Origin: Chloroflexota bacterium
Lineage (GTDB): Bacteria > Chloroflexota > Anaerolineae > Anaerolineales > UBA11858
DNA length: 64,000 nucleotides
Direction: 5' to 3'
Assembly: GCA_016865865.1 (NCBI GenBank)
Contig: VGOC01000001.1
Coordinates: 513 to 64,512, forward strand
The translations under genes and the position numbers were made by a program. The notes below the pieces were generated by a model. That model made no database searches and was not told where the DNA came from. It saw nothing but the letters and a program-made list of their open reading frames with translations. Numbering within the stretch: position 1 is the first letter of the stretch; the number at the start of each line of letters is the position of its first letter. Below, piece after piece: positions 8,048 through 17,131 of the stretch.

Positions 8048-9166
8048 GTGTTGAACGACTATCAACGCTACTGGGTTGGCTTCAATCTCGTCAAAGGTAT
8101 TGGCGCAGCTCGTATTCGGCTGCTCCTGGACGCATTCGGCGACCTTCGAACAGCCTGGAACGCCTCAGCCGAAGGTCTGCAGGCGACCGGCCTGAGCGCC
8201 GCATTGATCGAGAACCTTGTCACGTTAAGAGCGGATGTCTCCCTGGAGAAAGTCTGGGAGGATATTCAAGCGCAAGGTATTCAGGTGCTGACCTGGGAAG
8301 ACGAGGGATATCCTCGTCATCTATCTGACCTCGACAACGCGCCGCCGGTGCTGTATCTGCGCGGTGAATACCTCCCGGAGGATGAATGGGCTGTGGCTGT
8401 GGTGGGCACCCGGCGGGTGACGGCTTATGGCCGTCAGGTCGCCGAGAATATTGCCCGAACCCTGGCTGGCAGCGACGTGACCGTGGTCAGCGGCTTGGCG
8501 CGGGGGATAGATGCCATCGCTCATCAGGCCGCCATCGAGGCGGGCGGGCGTACCCTGGCAGTGTTGGGTAACGGGGTAGATCGCGTATATCCGCTAGAGC
8601 ATCGCCAACTGGCAGATCAGGTGATCGCTCATGGCGCGCTGATCAGTGACTACCCGGTGGGCACCCCGCCTGACGCGCATAACTTCCCGCCTCGCAACCG
8701 CATTATCTCAGGGCTGTCGTTGGCGACCGTGGTTGTCGAAGCTGGCGTCAAGAGCGGCGCGCTGATCACGGCGAACTTTGCCGCAGAACAAGGGCGAGAG
8801 GTCTTCGCTGTTCCCGGGAATGTGTTTGCGCCGCAGAGCAAGGGCGCCAACCGCCTGATTCAGCAAGGCGCCCATCCGCTCCTGGACCCTAAGGAGATTC
8901 TGGAAATCCTGGAACTAACCTTGATCTCAGAACACCGGGAAGCGCGGGTGGTTTTGCCTGCCGACGCCACCGAGGCCCGGCTCTTCGGTCTTTTGAGTCA
9001 CGAGCCAACGCATGTGGATGAAATCCGCGCCCGGGCGGACTTACCCATCGAAAAAGTGACTTCAGCTCTGGCGATGATGGAATTGAAAGGCATGGTGCGG
9101 CAGGTGAGCGGGATGCGGTATTATGCGGTACACGAGGCCAGTGCAGGCTATGAGGTAGAAGGATGA
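8048..9166 (+). CDS. dprA: DNA processing protein DprA (Smf)
   Basis: 'AVVGTRRVTAYG', 'VVSGLARGIDAIAHQAA', 'GVDRVYP', 'FPPRNRIISGLS', 'GALITA..A.EQGREVFAVPG'. Confidence 0.9.
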   Translation: MLNDYQRYWVGFNLVKGIGAARIRLLLDAFGDLRTAWNASAEGLQATGLSAALIENLVTLRADVSLEKVWEDIQAQGIQVLTWEDEGYPRHLSDLDNAPPVLYLRGEYLPEDEWAVAVVGTRRVTAYGRQVAENIARTLAGSDVTVVSGLARGIDAIAHQAAIEAGGRTLAVLGNGVDRVYPLEHRQLADQVIAHGALISDYPVGTPPDAHNFPPRNRIISGLSLATVVVEAGVKSGALITANFAAEQGREVFAVPGNVFAPQSKGANRLIQQGAHPLLDPKEILEILELTLISEHREARVVLPADATEARLFGLLSHEPTHVDEIRARADLPIEKVTSALAMMELKGMVRQVSGMRYYAVHEASAGYEVEG

Positions 9167-10251
9167 TTACGAATTACTACGCCGTTATCATGGCCGGCGG
9201 AGGGGGTACCCGCCTCTGGCCGCTCTCTCGCAAGGACAGCCCGAAACAAGTGCTGCCGCTGGTGGGTGAGCGTTCTCTGTTTCAGGCGGCGGTTGACCGA
9301 CTGGATGGCATCTTCGAGCCGGGGCAGATATACGTGGTCACCGTGGCCGAACAGGCCAAAGCTTTGCAGGCGCAGTGTCCGCAGATCCCGACCGAAAATT
9401 ATCTGCTAGAACCTATGCCGCGCGGCACGGCTTCGGTTGTCGGGTTGGCCGCCATCGCCTTGCGGCATCGTGATCCTCAGGCCGTGATGGCGGCGCTGAC
9501 CGCAGATCACGTTTTCCAAAATGAAGGTCGCTTCAGGGAACTGCTGCTTTCGGCGTTTGATTCCGCCCGGCAAGGACACCTGGTCACCTTGGGGATTACG
9601 CCCACTTTCCCCTCGACCGGATATGGTTATATCCAGCAGGGCGAATGGGTCGAATCCCAGCGCGGGTTGGATGTTTACCATGCACTGCGATTTGTCGAGA
9701 AGCCCGATGAGCGCCGCGCCCGTCAGATGCTCGAAAGCGGCGATCACGCCTGGAATTCGGGGATGTTCGTCTGGGAGGTGGGGCGGATTTTGGCCGAGTT
9801 CGAGCGTCAGATGCCCGGATTAGCCTCGAAGCTTAGTGAAATCTCGAAGGCCTGGGATCAACCCCAAAGGGAGTCCGTGATCCAGCAAAATTGGCCGAAA
9901 ATCCAGCCAGAGACGATAGATTATGGGATCATGGAAAACGCCCGTGACGTGGTTGTCATCCCTGCGGAAGGGCTGGGCTGGAACGACGTTGGGAGTTGGG
10001 AGGCGCTTTTCGAGGCGCTGCCAGCCGATGAGGAGGGTAACATCGTCCTTGGGGATGGATATATCCCCGTAGATACACGCGGCGTTCTGGTTTATAAGAA
10101 ATCCTCCCCGCGATTGATTGTGACCATTGGAGTAGAAGACCTGGTGGTGGTTGATACTGGCGATGTTTTGCTGATTTGTAAGAAAGATCAGGCGCAGAAG
10201 GTGCGTCAGGTTGTAAAACGGTTGGAAGATTCGGGCACCGATTATTTGTAA
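9163..10251 (+). CDS. Mannose-1-phosphate guanylyltransferase-like nucleotidyltransferase
   Basis: 'AVIMAGGGGTRLWPLSRKDSPKQ', 'TLGITPTFPSTGYGYI', 'FVEKPD' are NTP-transferase motifs. Overlaps the dprA stop. Confidence 0.82.
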   Translation: MITNYYAVIMAGGGGTRLWPLSRKDSPKQVLPLVGERSLFQAAVDRLDGIFEPGQIYVVTVAEQAKALQAQCPQIPTENYLLEPMPRGTASVVGLAAIALRHRDPQAVMAALTADHVFQNEGRFRELLLSAFDSARQGHLVTLGITPTFPSTGYGYIQQGEWVESQRGLDVYHALRFVEKPDERRARQMLESGDHAWNSGMFVWEVGRILAEFERQMPGLASKLSEISKAWDQPQRESVIQQNWPKIQPETIDYGIMENARDVVVIPAEGLGWNDVGSWEALFEALPADEEGNIVLGDGYIPVDTRGVLVYKKSSPRLIVTIGVEDLVVVDTGDVLLICKKDQAQKVRQVVKRLEDSGTDYL

Positions 10252-10301
10252 GCCGCTTTCGAGTGCACCCCGCCTGATCGGGACTGTTTTGGAGTTTTTC
10301 T

Positions 10302-12629
10302 ATGGAAGCCTATTGTGTCAAGTGTAAAGAGAGGCGTGAGATCAAGGATGCGCAGGCGGTTTTTACCGCCAACGGAACCCCGGCGACTCGCGGTGTTTGC
10401 TCAGTGTGCGGGACCGGTTTGTATCGCATGGGGCGCACTGACGCCCATGAAGGTTTGGAACCCCCCGAAGTAACCAGACGCTCTCCCCAAAAGCAGCCAG
10501 GAAAACGCTCTGGCAAACTGGTCATCGTGGAGTCGCCGACCAAAGCGAAAACCGTTGGGCGGTATCTCGGCGAGGGCTATAAGGTCGAGGCCTCGGTGGG
10601 TCATGTGCGGGATTTGCTGCGTTCTCAGCTATCGGTTGACGTCGAGAACGATTTCAAACCCAAATACCGCGTGCCAAACGAAAAGCGGGAGGTAGTCAAG
10701 AAGCTCAAGGCTGAGGCTGCCACAGCCGAAGAGGTGTACCTGGCGACTGACCTCGACCGTGAAGGGGAAGCGATTGCATGGCACTTGTTAGAATCGGCTG
10801 AAATCGAACCCGAACGCGCCAGGCGGGTAGTCTTTCACGAGATCACGCGACTCGCTATCGAAGAGGCGTTCGCCAAACCGCGCCCCCTCGATATGGATTT
10901 GGTCAATGCCCAACAAGGCCGCCGGGTTTTGGATCGCCTGGTGGGATACGGCATCACCCCAATATTGTGGAAGAAGGTGCGCAGCCGGCTCTCGGCGGGG
11001 CGGGTGCAGTCGGTGGCTCTGCGTTTGATCGTCGAGCGCGAGCGCGAGATTGATGCCTTCGTCCCTGAGGAGTATTGGACGATCGGCGCCGAATTCTCGC
11101 CCAACGAAAACAAGGAGAAATTCATCGCCAAGTTGGCGCGCGTGGATGGGGAAAAGCCGGTTCTCTCCACCGAAGAGGATGTCCGACCTCTCCTGGTAGA
11201 TATGGAAAGGGCCAGGTACACGGTCAGCGAAGCCAAGAAGGGAACAAGAGAGCGGAAGGCGCAGGCCCCCTTCACCACCAGCACCATGCAGCAAACCGCC
11301 TCGCGCCGTTTGAGTTTTACGGCGCGTCGAACCATGCAGATTGCGCAACAGCTTTATGAAGGAGTCGAGGTGGGCAACAGCGGCCAGACAGGGCTGATTA
11401 CCTATATGCGCACCGATTCGACCAATGTTGCTGCCATCGCGCAAACCGAGGCGCGCCAGTTCATCGAAGGCCAATATGGCGAGAAATATCTCCCCAAGTC
11501 GCCGCCGGTATATCGCACCAAGGCGCGCGGCGCGCAGGAGGCGCACGAAGCCATCCGGCCTACTTCGGTCATGCGCACGCCGCAATCGGTCAAGGAATAT
11601 CTCTCGCGCGATCAATATCGCCTCTATCAACTGATCTGGCAGCGCTTTGTGGCATCGCAGATGTCATCGGCGATCTACGACACGATCACTGTGGAAATCG
11701 AAGGCGCAGAAGCCGAACATCAATATCTATTCCGGGCAACCGGCTCGACTATTCGCTTCCCGGGCTTTCTGGTGGTCTATCAAGATCTCGAGAAGGACGA
11801 AGAAGAAGAATCGCGTGTACCCACAGACCTTTCTGTGGGGCAGTTGTTGAAGCTGATCCGCCTGATCCCTGAACAGCACTTCACGCAACCCCCGCCGCGG
11901 TATTCGGACGCCTCTTTGGTGAAAGAATTGGAAGAGAACGGGATTGGCCGTCCTTCGACTTATGCGCCCATTCTTTCCACCCTGCAGAACCGGGGATATA
12001 TTATTCGTGAACAGCGCCGTTTGATTCCCACGGAGACGGGCATCATAGTCAACGACCTCGTGGTGGAGCATTTCCCTGATATCGTTGACGTGAATTTCAC
12101 GGCTGCGATGGAGAAAGATTTGGATCAGGTCGCTATCGGGAAGAAGAAGTGGGTTGAAGTCGTGAGCGAGTTTTACGGCCCCTTCCAGGAGCAGTTGGAG
12201 TTGGCAAACGAAAAAATGCCCAAAATAAGCTCCGGCCCAGAACCAGTGGGACGAGATTGCCCTGAATGTGGGCATGGCCTGGTGATCCGTTGGGGGCGCC
12301 ATGGAAAATTCATCGGCTGCAGCAACTACCCCCAATGCCGCTATACTGAACCATGGTTAGAAAAGTTGGGCGTTAAATGCCCAACGGATGGCGGGGAATT
12401 GGTCATCAAGAAAACCCGCCGGGGGCGCGTCTTTTACGGCTGCGCCAACTACCCCGAATGTGAATTTTCCTCCTGGAAGTTGCCTCTCCGAGCGCCATGC
12501 CCAAAATGTGGGGGCCTGCTCATCGCGGAGAATAAAACCACTGCGGTTTGCGTGAAATGCAGCGAGCAATTCTTACAGGATGATTTGGTTGCCGATGAAG
12601 GAACTGATGTCGTCGCCGACCTGGCATAA
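10302..12629 (+). CDS. topA: DNA topoisomerase I with extra N-terminal CxxC zinc ribbon and C-terminal zinc fingers
   Basis: TOPRIM 'KLVIVESPTKAKTVGRYLG', 'ATDLDREGEAIAWH', and 'ITYMRTDS' containing the catalytic Tyr. C-terminal CPECG/CxxC repeats. N-terminal 'CVKCK...CSVCG'. Confidence 0.97.
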   Translation: MEAYCVKCKERREIKDAQAVFTANGTPATRGVCSVCGTGLYRMGRTDAHEGLEPPEVTRRSPQKQPGKRSGKLVIVESPTKAKTVGRYLGEGYKVEASVGHVRDLLRSQLSVDVENDFKPKYRVPNEKREVVKKLKAEAATAEEVYLATDLDREGEAIAWHLLESAEIEPERARRVVFHEITRLAIEEAFAKPRPLDMDLVNAQQGRRVLDRLVGYGITPILWKKVRSRLSAGRVQSVALRLIVEREREIDAFVPEEYWTIGAEFSPNENKEKFIAKLARVDGEKPVLSTEEDVRPLLVDMERARYTVSEAKKGTRERKAQAPFTTSTMQQTASRRLSFTARRTMQIAQQLYEGVEVGNSGQTGLITYMRTDSTNVAAIAQTEARQFIEGQYGEKYLPKSPPVYRTKARGAQEAHEAIRPTSVMRTPQSVKEYLSRDQYRLYQLIWQRFVASQMSSAIYDTITVEIEGAEAEHQYLFRATGSTIRFPGFLVVYQDLEKDEEEESRVPTDLSVGQLLKLIRLIPEQHFTQPPPRYSDASLVKELEENGIGRPSTYAPILSTLQNRGYIIREQRRLIPTETGIIVNDLVVEHFPDIVDVNFTAAMEKDLDQVAIGKKKWVEVVSEFYGPFQEQLELANEKMPKISSGPEPVGRDCPECGHGLVIRWGRHGKFIGCSNYPQCRYTEPWLEKLGVKCPTDGGELVIKKTRRGRVFYGCANYPECEFSSWKLPLRAPCPKCGGLLIAENKTTAVCVKCSEQFLQDDLVADEGTDVVADLA

Positions 12630-12725
12630 TGCTTGCAACAAAACAAGGGATTGCATGATTTCGAGGTCTGGTCTACAATAATTGGCAACCAGATAGATAC
12701 GAAGAACCTGTTTGGGAGAGACAAT

Positions 12726-13757
12726 ATGGATATAATCCGCGAAACGACCCGTGCAAGATTGAGAAGCCCACTCATCGTTGGCATTGTGGGTTTTATAGTG
12801 GGCCTCCTCATCGGGTGGATTGCTATCGGTTGGGGGATTTGGCCCGTAAAATGGACTGACGCTTCTCCGGCAGACCTGGAAGACTCGTGGCGGGAAGATT
12901 ATCTGCTCATGGCGGTCGATTCATACGCCTCCCTCCCCGATACCGAAAAAGCCATTGCGCGTTGGAATGGATTAGGAACGGAGGCTGCCGCGCTCCTCGC
13001 TCAACTTGCAGCAAACCCTGGCCCGCGCAGTGAGAGCGTGCGAGCTTTTCAGCAAGCCGTCGGTCAGACTTCTGTGGGGACTCCTTCAGCCGGGGGCGAG
13101 ATCATGACCACACCCATCACTGAAGAGGAAGAAGCGGGGGGAAAACCTTCGAGGACGACTTTGATCTTGATAATGTGTGGGGTGGTGGCAATTTTAGCCG
13201 TGGCTGTGGCTGCTTTCTTTTTCCTCTTCCGGCGACAGCCTCAATCTGATTTCATGTCGCCGATGGCGCAGGCTCAGGAGTACACTCGTCAGGCCGAACC
13301 GACAGATTTTACCGCCCGCGGCGAAATGCCCCCCATGTCGCAATTTATGACCACCTATATGCTAGGAGACGATCTTTTCGATGACTCCTTCAGCATCGAC
13401 TCTCCCACCGGAGAATTCCTCGGCGAATGCGGCGTTGGGATTTCCGAATCCATTGGCGTGGGGGAACCCAAAAAGGTTGCTGCTTACGAAGTGTGGCTCT
13501 TCGACAAGAACGATATTCAGACCGTCACCAAGGTGCTGATGAGCAAACATGCTTATGATGATAGCACTCTGCGTGACCGGCTGCAAACCAAGGGCGAACC
13601 CTTCCAGGCTGAGCCTGGGGCGGAGATGATCCTCGAAACTGCAACATTGCGGCTGGTCGCACGGGTTGTAGATATGGCTTATGGGAGCGGCCCAACTCCC
13701 CCTCAGAGTTATTTCGAACGCCTGACGCTCGAACTGGCGATCTGGCAAAGGGCCTGA
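12726..13757 (+). CDS. Hypothetical membrane protein (two predicted TM helices)
   Basis: ATG at 12726. Hydrophobic segments 'LIVGIVGFIVGLLIGWIAIGWGIW' and 'LILIMCGVVAILAVAVAAFFFLF'. No family recognised. Confidence 0.55.
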   Translation: MDIIRETTRARLRSPLIVGIVGFIVGLLIGWIAIGWGIWPVKWTDASPADLEDSWREDYLLMAVDSYASLPDTEKAIARWNGLGTEAAALLAQLAANPGPRSESVRAFQQAVGQTSVGTPSAGGEIMTTPITEEEEAGGKPSRTTLILIMCGVVAILAVAVAAFFFLFRRQPQSDFMSPMAQAQEYTRQAEPTDFTARGEMPPMSQFMTTYMLGDDLFDDSFSIDSPTGEFLGECGVGISESIGVGEPKKVAAYEVWLFDKNDIQTVTKVLMSKHAYDDSTLRDRLQTKGEPFQAEPGAEMILETATLRLVARVVDMAYGSGPTPPQSYFERLTLELAIWQRA

Positions 13758-13763
13758 TCCTAG

Positions 13764-13802
13764 AAAAAAAGAGCGCGAGCCGAAGCTCGCGCTCTTTTTT
13801 TT
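13764..13802. terminator. Bidirectional rho-independent terminator
   Basis: A7-GAGCGCGAGC-cgaa-GCTCGCGCTC-T9, between the convergent hypothetical gene and greA. Confidence 0.8.
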
Positions 13803-13806
13803 CTCG

Positions 13807-14271
13807 TTATTCGATGTTCAGGATCGTTAAATCTAGCTTGCCATCTGGGGTTTGGACATGGATTTTGTCCCCAACTTTTTTTCCTAATAAAGCCTGCCCC
13901 ATGGGGGATTCATTGGAAATTCGACCGTTGCTGGGGTCGGCTTCTTTGATGCCAACCAGGTGATAAACCTCTTCGGGGTAATCTTCCTCCCGGATGGTGA
14001 CTTTCGCGCCCACGGTGACGATATCGTTGTGGCCGTTATTCGCCTCGATGATCACCGCTTCGCGCAAAATATATTCGATCTCCTGGATGCGGCCTTCGAT
14101 GAAGCCTTGTTGTTCTTTGGTGGCGGCATATTCGGCGTTCTCCGAAAGGTCGCCCATTTCGATCGCGCTTTTCAATCGTTTGGCAATTTCCTGGCGAGTG
14201 GGGCCTTTGAGCCTTTCCAGCTCTTTTCTCAATTCCTTTTCGCCTTCGATGGTTAAGTAATGGATGCTCAT
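13807..14271 (-). CDS. greA: Transcription elongation factor GreA
   Basis: 'MSIHYLTIEGEKELRKELERLKG..RQEIAKRLKSAIEMGDLSENAEYAATKEQQ'. The ATG at 14271 is preferred. The longer ORF to 14409 runs through a palindromic repeat. Confidence 0.92.
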   Translation of the reverse strand: MSIHYLTIEGEKELRKELERLKGPTRQEIAKRLKSAIEMGDLSENAEYAATKEQQGFIEGRIQEIEYILREAVIIEANNGHNDIVTVGAKVTIREEDYPEEVYHLVGIKEADPSNGRISNESPMGQALLGKKVGDKIHVQTPDGKLDLTILNIE

Positions 14272-14319
14272 AATTAACTCTTTAGTCTTGTGTTCACTGA
14301 AAAAATTCACGAAAGAGGT

Positions 14320-14377
14320 GGCGGGGCGACATATATGGGGGTGCGTGCTGCACACGCACACCCATATATGCCGCCCC
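14320..14377. repeat. Long near-perfect palindrome between dynamin-like gene and greA
   Basis: GGCGGGGCGACATATATGGGGGTGCGTG-ctgcac-ACGCACACCCATATATGCCGCCCC. Confidence 0.75.
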
Positions 14378-14405
14378 GAATCCACTCCTCGTTTTTTTGG
14401 TGGAC

Positions 14406-16130
14406 TCATTCCTGGATCTGAGTCTGTAAACGACTCAAGCTGGTGTGGATTTCTCGAAGTTCGGCCTGGGAAGTTTCGTCCTTGTCGCGTTCGGCGCGCA
14501 CGAAGCGCGTGTACGGGGCGATGGTGTTGTTGATATGCTGTAGGCTGCGTTCGATCTCGCGTTCGAAATGCACTCGCAGCGCCTTTGTCAGTTGGGTGCG
14601 CATGGCGGAAATTTTCTCGCGCATTTCTTTCTTGGCTGCTCGCCGCCGCGCAGGGATGATGAACAGCCCCAAGGCGGCCACCAGGCTCGCCAACAAGATG
14701 CCGGTCACGTCGGCAGCCAGCGTTGTGGCGATGGCGGCCACCAGGGCGCCCAACCCCACCGCCCCGACCTGGAGAGCCGCGGCCGCAGCGACGGCATTTT
14801 GAGCGCCCTGGGCAATCTGTTGGGCTTCCTTGGATTTGTCATACGTCTCCACCACGCGTTTGGCCTCGCGGCCGATCCCCTCGATCAACCGCTCGCGGTC
14901 GTAGTGAAAAGCGCTCGAAGCCTCATCTCCGACGATGCGGTCCTTGTGCTTCCGGCGGCGTTCGGCAATATGCTCGGTGACAGCCTGCCACTGGCGCAAA
15001 TCGGAGTCGACCACCCAATCAATCAGCTCGTTGACTTTGTTCTCGATGCGTTGGGGGGCGTCGGCTACGACCCGGGTTTCGAATTCCAACTGGATGCGTT
15101 CTTTCTTGATCAAGTCGAAAACCCTCGCCAGGCGCATGGTCTCATCGAAATAGATTTCGCCGCGTTGTTCCATTTCGTAGAGCACATTATCTACATCCGA
15201 CATACGGAATGTGAAATCGCGGCGCATATCATCGCTGTAGACGCCCAATTGGCTTTCGACATCTTCGAGCATATCGAAATCATCCTTGAGCAGAGCCAAC
15301 CGCCCCTGGATGGTTTCCAGATAGCGATCGGCCAGGTGCCTTCCAACCCCCAATGGGTTGAGGAACTTCAAACGGGTGCGGCTGCTCTCGTCCAGCGATT
15401 CTCGGATATATTTTTCCAAGGCCTCGAAGCGGCTTTCGTTCCATAGTTGGGGCTGCCCTTGTTTGGCTTGCAGCGCGGTTCTGGCGCTGACAGGGAAGAT
15501 ATCGGGAGTCATGCCCAATAATGTTTGGGCTTTCTCGGTGAGGAACCTTTCGATTTGGGGCAGGTCATCCTCGCTTTGTAATATGTCTACTTTGTTGATC
15601 ACCAGGACGACCTTCTTGCCCCAGGCGCGGATTTGCTCCAGGAAGACGCGTTCACTTTCGGTAAAGGGGCGGTCCGCCGAAGTGATGAACAGCACCAGGT
15701 CTGAGCGTGGCACGAATTTCGAGGTGATCTCTTCGTGTTCGCGGATGACGGCGTTGGTGCCAGGAGTGTCCACGATGCTGATTTCCAAGAGAATATCCAC
15801 TGGAGCAGTCAGGATGTGCAGATGATCGTCCACGATTTGGCGTTGACTGCTCTGGCCATACCGCAGAATGTTGACCTGGGTGGTGGTGGGGGTGACGCCT
15901 TCTTTGAGCACTCTTTGCCCCAACAGGGCGTTGATGAAGGCGCTCTTGCCAGCGTTGAATTCCCCGACGACGACCAGAAGGAAGAAATCATCCAACTGCT
16001 GGATAGACTCTTCGAGGGCGGCCTGATCTTCGTCCGGCGCGCCGAAACGAGCCAGCGCCACGCGCAATTCTCTGAGAAGGTTACGTTCTTCTTTCAGGAG
16101 GGCTTCTTGATGGTTGGATAGAATTTGCAT
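14406..16130 (-). CDS. Dynamin-family GTPase (bacterial dynamin-like protein)
   Basis: P-loop 'VVVGEFNAGKSAFINALLG', 'DTPG', 'INKVD', and a long helical C-terminal part with a hydrophobic paddle 'VGAVGLGALVAAIATTLAADVTGILLASLVAALGLFII'. Confidence 0.85.
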   Translation of the reverse strand: MQILSNHQEALLKEERNLLRELRVALARFGAPDEDQAALEESIQQLDDFFLLVVVGEFNAGKSAFINALLGQRVLKEGVTPTTTQVNILRYGQSSQRQIVDDHLHILTAPVDILLEISIVDTPGTNAVIREHEEITSKFVPRSDLVLFITSADRPFTESERVFLEQIRAWGKKVVLVINKVDILQSEDDLPQIERFLTEKAQTLLGMTPDIFPVSARTALQAKQGQPQLWNESRFEALEKYIRESLDESSRTRLKFLNPLGVGRHLADRYLETIQGRLALLKDDFDMLEDVESQLGVYSDDMRRDFTFRMSDVDNVLYEMEQRGEIYFDETMRLARVFDLIKKERIQLEFETRVVADAPQRIENKVNELIDWVVDSDLRQWQAVTEHIAERRRKHKDRIVGDEASSAFHYDRERLIEGIGREAKRVVETYDKSKEAQQIAQGAQNAVAAAAALQVGAVGLGALVAAIATTLAADVTGILLASLVAALGLFIIPARRRAAKKEMREKISAMRTQLTKALRVHFEREIERSLQHINNTIAPYTRFVRAERDKDETSQAELREIHTSLSRLQTQIQE

Positions 16131-16155
16131 CGATTGTTCCTTTATTTCGCAATAT

Positions 16156-16208
16156 CCAGATTTAGGAGGGTACGGCGTGTTTCACACGCCGCACACTCCC
16201 AAATCTGG
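16156..16208. repeat. Palindromic intergenic element
   Basis: CCAGATTTAGGAGGGTACGGCGTGT-ttc-ACACGCCGCACACTCCCAAATCTGG, upstream of the dynamin-like gene. Confidence 0.7.
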
Positions 16209-16295
16209 GCTCTTCTGATTATAGCATCTCACGTATGAACCGTGATATACTGTTTCAATCAATGAAAGGGATGATTACTACGAGGAGTATACTGA

Positions 16296-16628
16296 ATGAA
16301 AATCTCGACAATCCAATATAAGCGTTGTGATTTGGTCAAGGTCGTTGGCCGAATTGATGGCCATACCGCCCCAGACCTCGAGAAGGCTTTCGCTGAAATC
16401 ATCAATGGCGACAAATCAGGGATCGTCTTCGATATGGCCGAGGTGGATTTCATCTCCAGCCGGGGTTTGTGGGTGCTGCTCGAAACCCAAAAAGCCTGCA
16501 AGAAGAAACAGGGCAAGCTGGCGCTGGCCAACGTGCCTGAGGATATGCTGGAGTCCCTTGACCTGGCCGGGGTGAAGCACTTTGTCGAAATCTACACCGA
16601 TGTCGCAGCCGCGGTGGGTAGTTTCTGA
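16296..16628 (+). CDS. STAS-domain anti-sigma-factor antagonist (SpoIIAA/RsbV-like)
   Basis: 'GRIDGHTAPDLEKAF...IVFDMAEVDFISSRGLWVLL' with the conserved phosphorylatable Ser context (DFISS). Confidence 0.85.
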   Translation: MKISTIQYKRCDLVKVVGRIDGHTAPDLEKAFAEIINGDKSGIVFDMAEVDFISSRGLWVLLETQKACKKKQGKLALANVPEDMLESLDLAGVKHFVEIYTDVAAAVGSF

Positions 16629-16631
16629 TCG

Positions 16632-17042
16632 TTGATGCCCACCCGGACGTTTCCTGGGCGGTTTCGATGCCTGCCCGAAATTGGTGATTTCGTTACTCGA
16701 ATAGCCAGGCAAGCGGGTCTCGATTCCGCACAGGTTTATGCTGTACAATTAGCCGTCGATGAGGCCTGCACGAATATCATCGAGCATGGCTATGGCGACG
16801 AGGGGCGGGGAGAGATCGTCTGTTCTTGTGACAGCACGGATGAAGGCATCACCATTATGATAAAAGATTGGGGACAGCGGTTCGACCCCCATGGCATCCC
16901 TGAGCCGGATTATGATATCCCCCTGGATGAACTTCGACCCAGGGGGGCCGGTGTATTCTTGATGAATAAATTGATGGATGAAGTCGCTTTCGAATTCGAT
17001 AGCGTTGAGGGGAATACGCTTACCATGAAAAAACGCAGGTGA
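16632..17042 (+). CDS. Anti-sigma regulatory Ser/Thr kinase (RsbW/SpoIIAB-like, HATPase_c)
   Basis: 'LAVDEACTNIIEHGYG', 'IKDWGQRFDP', 'GAGVFLMNKLMDEV'. Confidence 0.8.
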   Translation: MMPTRTFPGRFRCLPEIGDFVTRIARQAGLDSAQVYAVQLAVDEACTNIIEHGYGDEGRGEIVCSCDSTDEGITIMIKDWGQRFDPHGIPEPDYDIPLDELRPRGAGVFLMNKLMDEVAFEFDSVEGNTLTMKKRR

Positions 17043-17047
17043 TGTAT

Positions 17048-17120
17048 CTTCTCGAAAATTGGGGGGATGGCGTAGGACAGGTTGTCAACCTGTCCTACAT
17101 TTCCCCGAAATTTCGAGAAG
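17048..17120. repeat. 73-bp palindromic element between convergent genes (terminator-like)
   Basis: CTTCTCGAAAATTGGGGGG..GTAGGACAGGTTGTCAACCTGTCCTAC..CCCCGAAATTTCGAGAAG. The core CAGGTTGTCAACCTG recurs at 61451-61471. Confidence 0.75.
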
Positions 17121-17131
17121 GTATCAGGTGA

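Noticed and set aside
13807-14409. 200-aa extended GreA ORF. Similar upstream extensions occur at 20470, 22908, 23381, 24973, 46932 and 51332.
   Set aside because: The extensions run through repeats or overlap neighbouring genes. Internal ATGs with an RBS, and the N-termini typical of each family, fit better.
14568-15446. 292-aa plus-strand ORF. Similar long antisense ORFs lie at 5773-6528, 10788-11630, 25290-26313, 40686-41465, 47238-47987 and 48609-49277.
   Set aside because: All lie antisense to, or off-frame of, genes with strong family signatures. They have low-complexity, GC-driven composition.
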